Part shown: positions 1 to 11,215 of the stretch, in pieces | Layout of the letters: every line of letters begins with the position of its first letter | How positions within the stretch are numbered: position 1 is the stretch's first letter | Assembly: GCA_023428135.1 (NCBI GenBank) | Contig: JAEYZG010000036.1 | Span: 20,505-84,504 of the forward strand | Source: Bacteroidota bacterium | GTDB lineage: Bacteria; Bacteroidota; Bacteroidia; Cytophagales; Cytophagaceae | Direction of reading: 5' to 3' | Length of the DNA stretch: 64,000 bases | The notes under the pieces: model-generated | Told to the model about the DNA's origin: nothing | The model's input: only the letters and a program-made list of their open reading frames with translations | The model's database searches: none | Position numbers and translations under genes: made by a program

Positions 1-564
1 AGCATTTCCCGGCTCACTGTCTCTTGCCATAAGGATACTCATAGGGGAACCAACAATATTACTTCTACCCACCACAACACAATGTTTCCCTTTAGTATCG
101 ATTCCATAACGTTTTAAAAGCATCATGATACCGTTAGGTGTTGCAGAAATATGAGCTGGTAGTCCTTTATTCATCCTACCAATATTTACAGGGTGAAACC
201 CATCCACATCTTTTTCTGGGCGGATTCTTTCAGTTACTTTTTCTACTGAAATATGCTTTGGTAAAGGAAGCTGTACAATTAATCCGTCAATTTCAGGATC
301 ATTATTTATTTCTTCAATTTTAGCAAGAAGCGTTTCTTCCGAAACACTGGATTCGTAGGTTATAAGAGTAGATCTGAAACCAACCTCTTCACAACTTTTA
401 ACCTTGCCACCAACATAAGTATGACTTGCACCATCATCTCCAACAAGTATCGCCGCCAGATGCGGAATTTTACCTCCGTTATTTTTTATATTTTCTACAG
501 CTACTGCTATTTCCTGTTTAATTTCAAGCGAAACTTTTTTTCCGTCGATCAGTTGGGTAGTCAT
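1..564 (-). CDS. folD: Bifunctional methylenetetrahydrofolate dehydrogenase/cyclohydrolase (5' part; runs off the window edge)
   Basis: Manual translation from ATG at 564: [12 protein letters not shown]...[18 protein letters not shown]...[12 protein letters not shown]...[10 protein letters not shown]...GRSNIVGSP. An in-frame upstream ATG lies at 579. Not in the ORF track. Confidence 0.93.
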   Translation of the reverse strand, partial: MTTQLIDGKKVSLEIKQEIAVAVENIKNNGGKIPHLAAILVGDDGASHTYVGGKVKSCEEVGFRSTLITYESSVSEETLLAKIEEINNDPEIDGLIVQLPLPKHISVEKVTERIRPEKDVDGFHPVNIGRMNKGLPAHISATPNGIMMLLKRYGIDTKGKHCVVVGRSNIVGSPMSILMARDSEPGNA

Positions 565-600
565 TTTTAATTCACTCATTGGTATTCTAAACAAATAATA

Positions 601-2388
601 TTAGTCAATTTTAAGGACAGCCATAAATGCCTCCTGAGGTATTTCCACATTACCCACCTGTCTCATTCTCTTCTTACCTTTTTTCTGTTTTTCCAGAAGC
701 TTTCTCTTACGTGAGATATCTCCACCGTAACATTTTGCCAAAACGTCTTTTCTTAAAGCTTTTACAGTTTCTCTGGAGATGATTTTAGCACCGATAGCCG
801 CTTGGATTGCGATCTCAAATTGCTGTCTTGGAAGTAATTCTTTTAATTTTTCACACAATTTTTTACCCCAGTCGTATGCTTTATCTCTATGTACAATAGC
901 AGAAAGCGCATCAACTTTATCACCATTAAGAAGAATATCAAGTTTCACCATTGTAGACTCACGGTATCCTATCAATTCATAGTCAAGAGAAGCATAGCCT
1001 TTGGAAATCGTTTTCAATTTGTCGAAGAAGTCAAAAACCATTTCAGAAAGAGGCATTTCAAAAATCATTTCCACTCTGTCTGTAGTCAGATAAACCTGAT
1101 TTCTTAATACTCCTCTTTTCTCCATACACAAAGTCATAATCGCTCCAATGTATTCTGACTTAGTGATAATCTGAGCTTTTATAAATGGTTCTTCAATATG
1201 GCTAAGCTTAGACGGCTCAAGCATTTCCGAAGGAGCATTTACTACATGCATTTCTCCTTTATTATCGAATGCATGAAATGACACGGAAGGAACAGTAGTT
1301 ATTACAGTCTGGTCAAATTCTCTTTCAAGACGCTCCTGAATGATTTCCATGTGGAGCATTCCAAGAAAACCACAACGGAAGCCAAATCCAAGAGCTGCTG
1401 AAGTTTCAGGTTCCCAAACAAGGGATGCATCATTCAGTTGAAGCTTCTCAATAGCCTCTCTTAAATCCTCATAATCACTGGTTTCAACTGGATACACTCC
1501 GGCAAAAACCATTGGTTTTACATCTTCAAAACCAACAATGGCTTCTTTTGTAGGGTTATCAAAGCTTGTAATTGTATCCCCTACCTTTACCTCTTTCGCA
1601 CTTTTGATACCTGAAATAAGGTATCCAACATCACCTGCCTCAATTACTGTACGAGGTTCTTTTTCAAGTTTTAAAATACCGATTTCATCAGCATGATAAA
1701 CGGTATCTGTCGCAACGAATTTTACTTTATCTCCTTTTTTGATTGTTCCGTTTAAAACTCTGAATATTACTTCGATACCTCTGAACGAATTATAAACTGA
1801 GTCAAAAATCAGGGCTTGTAAAGGAGCTGTTTTATCTCCTTTGGGAGCTGGAATTCTTTCAACAATTGCTTCAAGCACTTTATCCACCCCTGTCCCATCT
1901 TTACCGCTGGCAGGAATAATTGACTCTCTTGAACATCCGACAAGATCTACCATCTGATCCTTTACCTCCTCAGGCATAGCGCCAGGAAGGTCAATTTTAT
2001 TCAATACAGGAATTATTTCAAGATCGTGCTCCAATGCAAGGTATAAATTTGAAATAGTCTGAGCCTGAATACCCTGAGAGGCGTCAACTAAAAGTAAAAC
2101 ACCTTCACAGGCAGCTATAGACCTGGAAACCTCATAAGAAAAGTCAACGTGCCCGGGTGTATCTATCAGATTAAGCACATAGGTTTTCCCTTTGTACACA
2201 TAGTTCATCTGAATAGCATGACTCTTAATTGTAATTCCTCTTTCTCTCTCAAGATCCATATTATCAAGGACCTGCGCCTGCATTTCTCTTTTAGTTACGG
2301 TATTTGTGAATTCTAAAAGACGATCGGCCAGGGTACTTTTTCCGTGATCAATATGGGCTATGATGCAAAAGTTTCTAATATTTTCCAT
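601..2388 (-). CDS. lepA: Translation elongation factor 4
   Basis: [29 protein letters not shown] and the C-terminal [24 protein letters not shown]. Confidence 0.98.
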   Translation of the reverse strand: MENIRNFCIIAHIDHGKSTLADRLLEFTNTVTKREMQAQVLDNMDLERERGITIKSHAIQMNYVYKGKTYVLNLIDTPGHVDFSYEVSRSIAACEGVLLLVDASQGIQAQTISNLYLALEHDLEIIPVLNKIDLPGAMPEEVKDQMVDLVGCSRESIIPASGKDGTGVDKVLEAIVERIPAPKGDKTAPLQALIFDSVYNSFRGIEVIFRVLNGTIKKGDKVKFVATDTVYHADEIGILKLEKEPRTVIEAGDVGYLISGIKSAKEVKVGDTITSFDNPTKEAIVGFEDVKPMVFAGVYPVETSDYEDLREAIEKLQLNDASLVWEPETSAALGFGFRCGFLGMLHMEIIQERLEREFDQTVITTVPSVSFHAFDNKGEMHVVNAPSEMLEPSKLSHIEEPFIKAQIITKSEYIGAIMTLCMEKRGVLRNQVYLTTDRVEMIFEMPLSEMVFDFFDKLKTISKGYASLDYELIGYRESTMVKLDILLNGDKVDALSAIVHRDKAYDWGKKLCEKLKELLPRQQFEIAIQAAIGAKIISRETVKALRKDVLAKCYGGDISRKRKLLEKQKKGKKRMRQVGNVEIPQEAFMAVLKID

Positions 2389-2404
2389 TTCAGTAAATCA
2401 GCTA

Positions 2405-2412
2405 CAAAGTTA
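2405..2412 (-). promoter_or_regulatory. Bacteroidota sigma70 -7 box (TAACTTTG) for lepA
   Basis: Matches TAnnTTTG, 16 nt upstream of the ATG. Confidence 0.6.
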
Positions 2413-2525
2413 TGAATTCTGGATACTAAAAAAATAATACCCCGTTTAATATTTATCTAATTGTTTTAATAATTTTTAATATTTAAAATTGTCTTTTTCG
2501 TATATGTAGAAGGAATTGTGTATTC

Positions 2526-4835
2526 ATGAACAGAATGAGCAAGAATAAGACCCTGGAGGATCTATATTATTCCTTCCCCGTACAGCTTTTGATTAATCAT
2601 TTCAAAAAAAACCAGATTCTCCTGGCTTTATGGTTCATTCTGTTTGGTTTTGTTACTTCAAACATTGGAAATATTCTCGGAATCCCTTATTTATTCCTTG
2701 ACCCGGAATACATGAATCAGGTGAATTATAAAGGCTTTCTGATAATTGGTGTAGCCGTTGGAATATTTATCCTATCCTTTCACATTACTACCTATATACT
2801 TGACAGTTATCGTTTTAACTTCCTTGGTACTGTTGCACGCCCTTTTACAAAATTCTGCCTGAATAACAGTATTATACCTCTGGCATTTCTAATAGTTTAT
2901 TCAATCAATATTGTTCGATTTCAGTTCAAAAGTGGTTTTCAAACAAATACGCAAATTTTTCTCGAAGTAGCTAGTTTTCTTTTAGGTGTAGGTGTTACGC
3001 TTTTCTTATTGCTTTTTTATTTCAGTTCTACGAATAAGGATATCTTCAAGGAGCTGGCTTCAAACCTTGACAGGCAGCTAAAGAAGACTAATATTAACAG
3101 AGTCAATGTATTAAGGAAACTAAAAAATGCTAAAAAGAATAAATACATTGTAAATCATTACCTGGATTTTCCTTTTAGATTCGTCAAGGTTGAACCTTAC
3201 AAAAATTATGATAAGGAAATTTTATTAAAGGTATTTGATCAGAATCACCTGAATGCGGTAATTGTTGAAATTTTTGTCATTATAGTCATTATCATTCTCG
3301 GACTTTTCAGGGATAACTCTTATTTCCAAATACCCGCAGCTGCAAGCGGCATACTTTTCTTTTCGATCTTCATCATGTTTACCGGTGCATTTTCTTATTG
3401 GTTAAGAGGATGGGCGATTACTGCCCTGGTTGCAGCATTGGTTATTTTCAACTTTTTGGTAAAATATGATATCATCAATTCCAAATACCAGGCCTATGGA
3501 ATCAATTACAATAATACACCCGCAGAATATAGTCTTGAAAGACTTAACGACCTGAGTAATGATTCAAACTTTAAAGCAGATACCGATTCGACTACTCTCA
3601 TTCTGAATAACTGGAAGAATAAATTCTCTGGACCTGAAAAACCGAAAATGGTCTTTATCTGTGTCAGTGGAGGTGGACAAAGAGCTGCAGCCTGGACTAC
3701 GAGAACGTTACAATATGTCGACAGCACACTTAACGGAGGATTACTTGACCATTCCATTCTCATGACTGGTGCTTCTGGCGGCATGGTAGGCGCTAGTTAC
3801 TTCAGAGAACTTTATCTTAAGAAAAAACAGGGAGAAAACATTGATCTGTATTCAGATCAAGCCTTTAAAAATATAACCAAAGATGTACTCAATCCTGTCA
3901 TTTTCAGCCTTGTTGTAAACGATATTTTCTTTCGGTTTCAGAAATTCAACTATGGAAACTATGAATATCTCAAAGACAGAGGTTATGCATTCGAAGAACA
4001 ACTCAATAACAATCTCGAGCATGTACTTGATAAAAAGGTTTGTGACTATAAAATTCCGGAGCAGAATGCGCTTATACCTTTAATTATCATGTCTCCAACA
4101 GTCATTAACGATGGAAGGAAATTGTTCATCTCCAGCCAGCATTGCAGTTATATGACGACCTCTCCTCCAGAGGAAGTAGATCTGAATCAGAAGATTAAAG
4201 GGATTGAATTTCAAAGGTTTTATAAGGAGCAGGATGCTAAGAACCTGAGATTTTTAAGCGCAATGCGTATGAGTGCAACCTTCCCATATGTAACTCCTAA
4301 TGTGGAACTTCCCAGTTCACCACCAATGGAAATAATGGATGCCGGAATTTCTGACAATTTTGGAATCAGAGATGCAGTGAGGTTTTTGTATGTATTCAGA
4401 GATTGGATAAGTCAGAATACTAGTGGGGTAGTTTTTGTCTGCATCAGAGATTCTCAAAAAGATAGTCCGATTGAGAAAAAAGCTGAAGCTTCAATTTTTC
4501 AAAAAATGTTTACACCAATTGGAAGTTTATATAATAATTGGGATTATCTTCAAGACTTCAACAATGATAACCTGATTGAAGGGGCTTATGGCTGGTTTAA
4601 TGGAAAGATCAATGTTGTAAATTTTGAATATATCCCTAAACCAAGATATTGGGGCATATTGAAAGAAAAGAAAATTAACCCGGAAGAAGTTGAAAAGAAG
4701 GAAACCGCCGAAAGAGCGGTTCTGAGCTGGCATTTAACTACCAGGGAAAAACAAAGTTTACAAAGAACTATCTTGGAGAATAACAATCAGGAATCTTTAA
4801 ATCACTTAAAAAAGCTTTTATCTGATCAGAAATGA
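2526..4835 (+). CDS. Multi-pass membrane protein with C-terminal patatin-like phospholipase domain
   Basis: Multiple hydrophobic helices in residues 1-315; SGGGQR oxyanion motif, GASGG nucleophile elbow, MDAG catalytic Asp motif. Confidence 0.8.
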   Translation: MNRMSKNKTLEDLYYSFPVQLLINHFKKNQILLALWFILFGFVTSNIGNILGIPYLFLDPEYMNQVNYKGFLIIGVAVGIFILSFHITTYILDSYRFNFLGTVARPFTKFCLNNSIIPLAFLIVYSINIVRFQFKSGFQTNTQIFLEVASFLLGVGVTLFLLLFYFSSTNKDIFKELASNLDRQLKKTNINRVNVLRKLKNAKKNKYIVNHYLDFPFRFVKVEPYKNYDKEILLKVFDQNHLNAVIVEIFVIIVIIILGLFRDNSYFQIPAAASGILFFSIFIMFTGAFSYWLRGWAITALVAALVIFNFLVKYDIINSKYQAYGINYNNTPAEYSLERLNDLSNDSNFKADTDSTTLILNNWKNKFSGPEKPKMVFICVSGGGQRAAAWTTRTLQYVDSTLNGGLLDHSILMTGASGGMVGASYFRELYLKKKQGENIDLYSDQAFKNITKDVLNPVIFSLVVNDIFFRFQKFNYGNYEYLKDRGYAFEEQLNNNLEHVLDKKVCDYKIPEQNALIPLIIMSPTVINDGRKLFISSQHCSYMTTSPPEEVDLNQKIKGIEFQRFYKEQDAKNLRFLSAMRMSATFPYVTPNVELPSSPPMEIMDAGISDNFGIRDAVRFLYVFRDWISQNTSGVVFVCIRDSQKDSPIEKKAEASIFQKMFTPIGSLYNNWDYLQDFNNDNLIEGAYGWFNGKINVVNFEYIPKPRYWGILKEKKINPEEVEKKETAERAVLSWHLTTREKQSLQRTILENNNQESLNHLKKLLSDQK

Positions 4836-7246
4836 AAAATGTTTCCCCTGTACTTTTAAAAAAGTTAACAAGCACAGGGATTTTTATAATCCTGCTTTTT
4901 TTATCTCAAATACTAATTGCTCAAACAGACACATTAAAAGGAAATGTAAAAGAAACTTTTTCAGGGAACAGTCTACCTTTCGTCCACATAAGAGTAAATG
5001 ACTCCATTGATTATTTATCAGATATAGATGGAAATTTTTTAATTGAAAATAAATCCTCTTTAAAGAAGGTCACATTTGATCTCTACATGCATAGACCAGT
5101 TACGCTCTATCCACCTTTTGACAGTGTCCTTACAGTAAAACTTAACAAGTTTCTCTTTTTTGAAGTATCAAAAGACTCTGATCCTATTGCTCCGGAGATT
5201 ATTAAAAAGGTAATGGATCATAAAGATCTGAATAACCCTGAGAAAATGCACTATTATAGTTATAAAACCTATAATAAATTCAGCCTTGCCACAACTGAGG
5301 TTGAGAAATCAAATAAGTTTCTCAGTCTCATTTTTAAGAAGTTTTCTCTTTCATTTAAAAAGTTAAAAGAAGAACAGCATTTCATTCTGATTGAAACTTC
5401 AAGCGAAAAAAAATTTATAGACCAACTACATCAGAGAGAAGAGCTGGACGGCGCTAAATCCTCCGGAATTGATCTTCCCTTGCTGATGGTTCAGGCCAAT
5501 CAGGTACAGAATGCTTCTTTATATAAAGATTACCTGAACATTGCAGGAAAAAGCTATCCAAGTCCTCTGAACAGAGATGTATTCCACAGATATGCATTCA
5601 ACGTAATCGATACAATATATCCGAATAAAGACACCGTCTATGTTGTCAAATTTAATCCTCGAAGTGACCGATACTTTGATGGGTTGAAAGGCACTGTCTT
5701 TATTAATAAAAACAAGTATGCCATAGAGCATTTAAATATCTCTCCTTATGAAGAAGGGAAAGTTGAAATAAACCTGCTGCAATCTTATAAATTCCATAAA
5801 GAGAAAGATGTATGGTTTCCCTCCAGAACCAGAACTGTAATAATATTTTCTAGGGGGACAGAAAAGTATATTGCCAATGGCAACTCATATATATTTGATG
5901 TAAATCTCAATGCTTATCTTAACAAAAAATCATTTAATGAAGTAATACTCAATTACTCTGAGCGTGCAAACAAGAAAGGGGAACAGTATTGGAAGGATAC
6001 AAGAAAAGAACCTCTTACTCATGCAGATTCTATTACTTATTATTACTTTGAATCATTTAAGTATAAAAAAGATGTCGAGAATTTTCTGACATTCGGAGAA
6101 AAAGTTTTTTATGGAGAACTTCCTTTTAGGAAAATAGACATCGATGTAAACAGGCTTCTGACATTTAACAAAGTAGAAGGAACAAGGATAGGTTTCGGAG
6201 CACATACCAATGAAAAATACTCAGATAAAATCAAATACGGAGGGTATATTGGGTATGGCATAAGAGATCAAAAATTCAAATACGGAGCTGACTTTACCTA
6301 TAAACCACTTTATGATGTTCCTCTTTCCTTTAATGCAAGATTCTCTTATGACTTAAGAGAGGCAGGAGCCAATTTTTATCCTTACAACAGATATCAGTAC
6401 AGCAGTGAAGCTTTAAGAAAATTCTGGTTAAGGATATTGGACCTTGTATTTGAACAGGAAAACTCAATTTTTTATCATCCTTTTAAAAACATGGATATGA
6501 TGGTTTCCTTCGACAACAGTCAGCATAGGCCAACCTATGATTATGTTTACAGGGGGACCGACAGTTTAAAATTTAATTTTACAGAATTCAAATTTGGATT
6601 TCGATACGCATTTGGTGAACAATATTTTAATGTATTAAAAAGGAAATATCCTCAACCTACTAACTACCCAGTCATTTCTTTTATCTGGCAGAAAGGACTA
6701 AAGAAAGGCGTAAACGGAGATTTTAGCTATAATAGATTTGCTTTAAAGATAGAGGAAACATTGAGAATACTTTTTCTGGGAAAAACAGGCATACAACTCG
6801 AGACTGGTTTGATTACCGGAGATGCTCCTTATATGAAACTCTATAACCAAAAAGGTAGCTATCGAAACACATCAATTGTGTTTCACAATAGCTTTGAAAC
6901 AATGAAATTCAATGAGTTTTTGAGTAACAAATATGCGAGTTTATTCTTTTCCCATGACTTTGGGAAACTGTTTATAACAAAGTCTATCACACCATCATTA
7001 TGGATCATCAATAATATCGGTATAGGAAGCTTAAATCATCCTGAATATCACCAGCAGATTCCATTTAAAACAATGGAGAAGGGATATTTTGAAGGAGGGT
7101 CTTTTCTGGACAACGTTATTGTTATAAATCTAGCCGGTTTAAAGGTAGGTATAGGTGCCGGTGTCTTCTTAAGATATGGCCCTTATGCATTACCTCATTT
7201 TGGAGATAACTTTGTCTTCAAGTTTGCTACTAACTTTTTTTTATAG
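4832..7246 (+). CDS. DUF5686 / carboxypeptidase-regulatory-like domain outer-membrane protein
   Basis: Signal peptide; LKGNVKETFSGNSLPFVHI...SDIDGNF N-domain; YSYKTYNK, SPL, FNKVEGTRIG and SFETM motifs; ATGA overlap with the upstream gene. Confidence 0.75.
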   Translation: MKNVSPVLLKKLTSTGIFIILLFLSQILIAQTDTLKGNVKETFSGNSLPFVHIRVNDSIDYLSDIDGNFLIENKSSLKKVTFDLYMHRPVTLYPPFDSVLTVKLNKFLFFEVSKDSDPIAPEIIKKVMDHKDLNNPEKMHYYSYKTYNKFSLATTEVEKSNKFLSLIFKKFSLSFKKLKEEQHFILIETSSEKKFIDQLHQREELDGAKSSGIDLPLLMVQANQVQNASLYKDYLNIAGKSYPSPLNRDVFHRYAFNVIDTIYPNKDTVYVVKFNPRSDRYFDGLKGTVFINKNKYAIEHLNISPYEEGKVEINLLQSYKFHKEKDVWFPSRTRTVIIFSRGTEKYIANGNSYIFDVNLNAYLNKKSFNEVILNYSERANKKGEQYWKDTRKEPLTHADSITYYYFESFKYKKDVENFLTFGEKVFYGELPFRKIDIDVNRLLTFNKVEGTRIGFGAHTNEKYSDKIKYGGYIGYGIRDQKFKYGADFTYKPLYDVPLSFNARFSYDLREAGANFYPYNRYQYSSEALRKFWLRILDLVFEQENSIFYHPFKNMDMMVSFDNSQHRPTYDYVYRGTDSLKFNFTEFKFGFRYAFGEQYFNVLKRKYPQPTNYPVISFIWQKGLKKGVNGDFSYNRFALKIEETLRILFLGKTGIQLETGLITGDAPYMKLYNQKGSYRNTSIVFHNSFETMKFNEFLSNKYASLFFSHDFGKLFITKSITPSLWIINNIGIGSLNHPEYHQQIPFKTMEKGYFEGGSFLDNVIVINLAGLKVGIGAGVFLRYGPYALPHFGDNFVFKFATNFFL

Positions 7247-7250
7247 CCTA

Positions 7251-9227
7251 TTATTTCTTCTTAAAGACCTCCTTTACATCTTCAAGATAAGCTCTTAGAA
7301 GTTCCGCAACACTCCAAGCCTGAGCAACACAACCTTTAGGAGCATAAGGTTCATTTCCGTCAAATATTTCTGATATGCTCCCTATAGCTGCTTCGCTGAG
7401 ATGATATTGAAAATTTTGTATCCATTGCTCAACATCCCGTCTTCCTTTATCTCCTTCAAGTCTTACTTTAGCAGTAATATATGGTCCTATCAGCCATCCC
7501 CAGACAGTTCCCTGGTGATAAGCCCCGTCTCTTGCAAGCCGATCCCCTGAATAATCGCCCCTGTACTGAGGATCATCAGGAGACAAGCTTCGTAATCCAA
7601 CCGGAGTTAAAAGTTTTTCTTCTGTTATCTTTAGTATTGAAGCAGATAGTTCATCATCCAGAAGCGGATAGGGCAAACTGATAGCAAATAGCATATTAGG
7701 CCTTACAGCACTGTTGTGTTCATATTGATTAATATAATCATACAGATACCCCTGACCTTTTATTACAAAAGTATCAAGGAAAGAGTTTTTAATATGCCCT
7801 GCCCTTTCATAAAACTGACGACTAGCCTTTAATTCCCCCTTGAGATCAGCCAGTTCCCCCAGAATCATCAGAGAATTGTACCAAAGAGCATTGATTTCTA
7901 CAGCCTTGCCTTCTCTTGGCGTTACAACCCAATTGCCGATTTTTGCATCCATCCAGGTAAGCTGAACACCATGCTGTCCTGCATACAAAAGACCATCTTC
8001 CTGAACCTTTATATTATATCTAGTACCTTGGTCATGCCATTGAATAATATCTTTCAAAGAAGAATAAAGATCTTTCAGAACAAACGTTTTATCTCCCGAA
8101 TAATCTAGGTATTTTTTAATAGCAATAAAGAACCATAAAGTAGCATCTACTGTGTTATATTCCGGTTCTTCCCCAACATCAGGAAATCTATTGGGAATCA
8201 TTCCCATATCTATACTTTTGGCAAATGCTTTAAGTATTTTTTTGGCCTCATCAAATCTACCAGTAACCAGACAAATTCCAGGAAGGGAAATCATCGTATC
8301 TCTCCCCCAGTCTGAGAACCAATGGTAGCCAGCAATAATTGTTTTAAGATTCTTTCCTCTCTTCACCACAAACTGATCGGCAGCTATAGCAAGCCTTTGA
8401 GAAAGGTCATCTTTAAACGGAATATTTCTTGTAATTTTTTCCCTACGTTTTCTTTCAGAGGAAATCAGTTTAAACGGATCTTTTCTTGAAGGATCCTTGT
8501 CTGAAATGATTACTCCGATTTTATTTCCCTGTTTCAGTTTAACACTGAAATTACCATAGCTAAACAAGTCTTCAGAGAACTGGAGACCCCGGTTTTGTTC
8601 TTCCCTGTACTCAAAATTAAGAAACCATGCCGGAGTAAATTTAAAATTAGAGTTTTTAAGGAATATGTAGGAAGCAGGTAAACCTTCATAAGGATCCATT
8701 TTCAGAACTCCATTTCCAAATACAGCCTCCCACCTTAAATTTTTATTCTCTTTAATTAATCCGTGATAATCTCTGTAAGAAATAAAAGGCTTTAACTCCA
8801 GCTCAAACTCATCAACAGCTTTCTTTACTTCATAAGTCACAACGATTGTATTTTCTTCATAGATAGCAGCAATCGTTTTTACTATTTCAATATTATCTCC
8901 TATTTTATAATGGAATACAGGGAAATACTCCTGTTCATATTTATCAAAATATTCCAGTCCTGTAGCACAGATATTGGATGGGAATTGATTGGAGCTTAAC
9001 TCGAACTTTACTCCTTTAAACTTAATAAACTCTTCGAGTTTTGAAATTAAAACCATTCTTCCCACCGGAGGATGAGTGGCAACAACAAACATCCCATGAT
9101 AACTTCTGGTATTTGCACCGGATAAAGACCCGCTTGCCCATCCCCCTAAGCCATTCGTTTCCAACCACTCTCTGGAAGAAGCTTTCGAAAAATCCTTAAT
9201 AATATCGTCGCTGATGGTAATTTTCAT
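7251..9227 (-). CDS. Glycogen debranching enzyme (amylo-alpha-1,6-glucosidase, GDE_N + GDE_C)
   Basis: REWLETNGLGGWASG, IIAGYHWFSDWGRDTMISLPG, TWMDAK, AYHQGTVW, AQAWSVAE. ATG at 9227 preferred over the ORF-track start at 9251. Confidence 0.9.
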   Translation of the reverse strand: MKITISDDIIKDFSKASSREWLETNGLGGWASGSLSGANTRSYHGMFVVATHPPVGRMVLISKLEEFIKFKGVKFELSSNQFPSNICATGLEYFDKYEQEYFPVFHYKIGDNIEIVKTIAAIYEENTIVVTYEVKKAVDEFELELKPFISYRDYHGLIKENKNLRWEAVFGNGVLKMDPYEGLPASYIFLKNSNFKFTPAWFLNFEYREEQNRGLQFSEDLFSYGNFSVKLKQGNKIGVIISDKDPSRKDPFKLISSERKRREKITRNIPFKDDLSQRLAIAADQFVVKRGKNLKTIIAGYHWFSDWGRDTMISLPGICLVTGRFDEAKKILKAFAKSIDMGMIPNRFPDVGEEPEYNTVDATLWFFIAIKKYLDYSGDKTFVLKDLYSSLKDIIQWHDQGTRYNIKVQEDGLLYAGQHGVQLTWMDAKIGNWVVTPREGKAVEINALWYNSLMILGELADLKGELKASRQFYERAGHIKNSFLDTFVIKGQGYLYDYINQYEHNSAVRPNMLFAISLPYPLLDDELSASILKITEEKLLTPVGLRSLSPDDPQYRGDYSGDRLARDGAYHQGTVWGWLIGPYITAKVRLEGDKGRRDVEQWIQNFQYHLSEAAIGSISEIFDGNEPYAPKGCVAQAWSVAELLRAYLEDVKEVFKKK

Positions 9228-9421
9228 TGCTCTGAAAAATATTAACTCCAATTATACTGACTTAAATTTGACAATTTTATTCATTTATTCATAAGAATAC
9301 TCTTAAATAAAAGCCAGTCAAAGTAAAATAGGGAAAGCTAAATAATGTTTAATTTTACTTCGTTCCTATCACATAATACACTCTCTGATTCAAATTTTAA
9401 TACAGAAAATAAGACTGAAAT

Positions 9422-10495
9422 ATGTATCTTTTGAGAAATTTTATTGAGAAATACATACAGATGTCCTGTTTCAGACTGGTTGCTTTAATAATTATTTTAT
9501 TGTCAACACATTTATGTTTCTCCCAAGAGCAAAGTAGCAAAAAATCGAAGTATGACACTCTCTATATTATAAGTTACTCTAATTTGCTTACAACAAAAGC
9601 AACATTTATAATCAGAGGCAATAACTTTAATATTTATGATAAAACCAGCAAAAGAAGCTTAAAGTATAAACCTAATGAAAGCCTTGCAATGGGATTTGCA
9701 GGTTATCACAAAAAAATAGGTCTTGAACTTGCGTTCAATCTTCCTTTCATCAATAATGATAATGATAAGTATGGTAAAACATACCAGAGAGATTTGCACG
9801 CAAGCAGATATGGCCGGAGAACAATTGTCGACCTGAACCTTCAGACTTACAAAGGTTTTTATATTGAAAATGCAAAAGAGCTGAATCCTTCTTGGAACTC
9901 AAAATTTGATCCATATCCTAAAAGGCCGGATATTTCCACAGTAGCTTTAGGAGGAAGTTTTTATTATATTCTTAATTTCAGTAAATTTTCATACCGGGCT
10001 GCATTCAACCAGGATGAAGCTCAAAAGAAAAAAGCAGGTTCACTTTTGTTAGGTGGTTATTTAAACTTTTTTAACCTTCAGTCAGATTCTAGCATTATAC
10101 CGATACAACTACAATCAGCCTTCAACGAGAGAGCATATCTGATCAAAGGAAAAACTCTAACATTTGGAGCGGGAGTTGGTTATGCCTATACATTAATAAT
10201 CCGAAAACATTTCTTCATTACTCTTTCTGCAATTCCAGGTATTGCATTTGTAAATTTTGAAGGCCAAAAAGAAAATATGGATTATTTTTATTCCAAAACC
10301 AAAATTGCATTAAGGTCCCAAGTTCGTTTTGCCACAGGATATAATGGAGGTAAGTTTTATGCAGGATTCAATTTAACTACCGACAATATTTCAATGGACA
10401 ATTCAGGACAATCGTCAATAAACTACCACCTTGGCAACATCAGATTTTATGCAGGACGGCGCTTTGACTTAAGTAAAATCATAAGTAAATTTTAA
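9422..10495 (+). CDS. DUF4421 family outer-membrane beta-barrel protein
   Basis: Signal peptide; YKGFY, RPDI and KFSYRAAFNQDEAQKKKAGSLLLG motifs; start may be the later Met (MSCF). Confidence 0.75.
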   Translation: MYLLRNFIEKYIQMSCFRLVALIIILLSTHLCFSQEQSSKKSKYDTLYIISYSNLLTTKATFIIRGNNFNIYDKTSKRSLKYKPNESLAMGFAGYHKKIGLELAFNLPFINNDNDKYGKTYQRDLHASRYGRRTIVDLNLQTYKGFYIENAKELNPSWNSKFDPYPKRPDISTVALGGSFYYILNFSKFSYRAAFNQDEAQKKKAGSLLLGGYLNFFNLQSDSSIIPIQLQSAFNERAYLIKGKTLTFGAGVGYAYTLIIRKHFFITLSAIPGIAFVNFEGQKENMDYFYSKTKIALRSQVRFATGYNGGKFYAGFNLTTDNISMDNSGQSSINYHLGNIRFYAGRRFDLSKIISKF

Positions 10496-10506
10496 ATGCA
10501 TATTTT

Positions 10507-11157
10507 ATGAAGAAATATTTTTTTCCATTAGGCCTACTTTATTTTTTAGCAGTTTTCACCTCTTGTGCAACACGCAAACCGGAGCGATACCTTAATCAGG
10601 CGATGCAATCAGAGCCATATGATGTCATTATTGTTCCCGGGATCCCATATCCATATGAAAATGGCAACTGGCATCCTGTAATGAAAATAAGAGTCTATTG
10701 GTCTGAATATCTTTATAAAAAAGGTATTGCCAAAAATATTATTTATTCTGGAAGTGCTGTATATACTCCATATGTAGAAAGCAAGATTATGGCATTATAT
10801 GGTGAAGCTCTTGGCATTCCCCAAGAGAACATTTTTGCAGAAACCAAAGCCGAGCATAGTACTGAAAACCTCTATTACTCTTATAAAATGGCTCAGAAAA
10901 TGGGATTTAAAAGAATTGCACTGGCGACAGATCCCTATCAGGATAAATTATTAAGAAGGTTTGGCAAAAAATTTAAACTTGATGTAACCCACATCCCTAT
11001 TGTATTTGATACATTAAAAAGAATCAACAAAATAGATCCAAAGATCATAGACACGACCGCCCAGGTACAAAACTTCATTAGTATCACAGAAAGGGAAAGT
11101 TTCTGGAAACGTATGAAAGGAACCTTGGGAAAGAACATCAATTTTAAGGAAGAATAA
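10507..11157 (+). CDS. YdcF/ElyC/SanA (DUF218) family lipoprotein
   Basis: Lipobox FTSC; DVIIVPG, IIYSGSAV, ETKAEHSTEN. Confidence 0.8.
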   Translation: MKKYFFPLGLLYFLAVFTSCATRKPERYLNQAMQSEPYDVIIVPGIPYPYENGNWHPVMKIRVYWSEYLYKKGIAKNIIYSGSAVYTPYVESKIMALYGEALGIPQENIFAETKAEHSTENLYYSYKMAQKMGFKRIALATDPYQDKLLRRFGKKFKLDVTHIPIVFDTLKRINKIDPKIIDTTAQVQNFISITERESFWKRMKGTLGKNINFKEE

Positions 11158-11215
11158 ACACCCGAATTAACATTTTCAACACTACAGAGGTTAAATTATA
11201 ACACTGCAAGTTTTT

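Noticed and set aside
138..323. 61-aa plus-strand ORF
   Set aside because: Antisense shadow of folD, which occupies 1-564 on the minus strand
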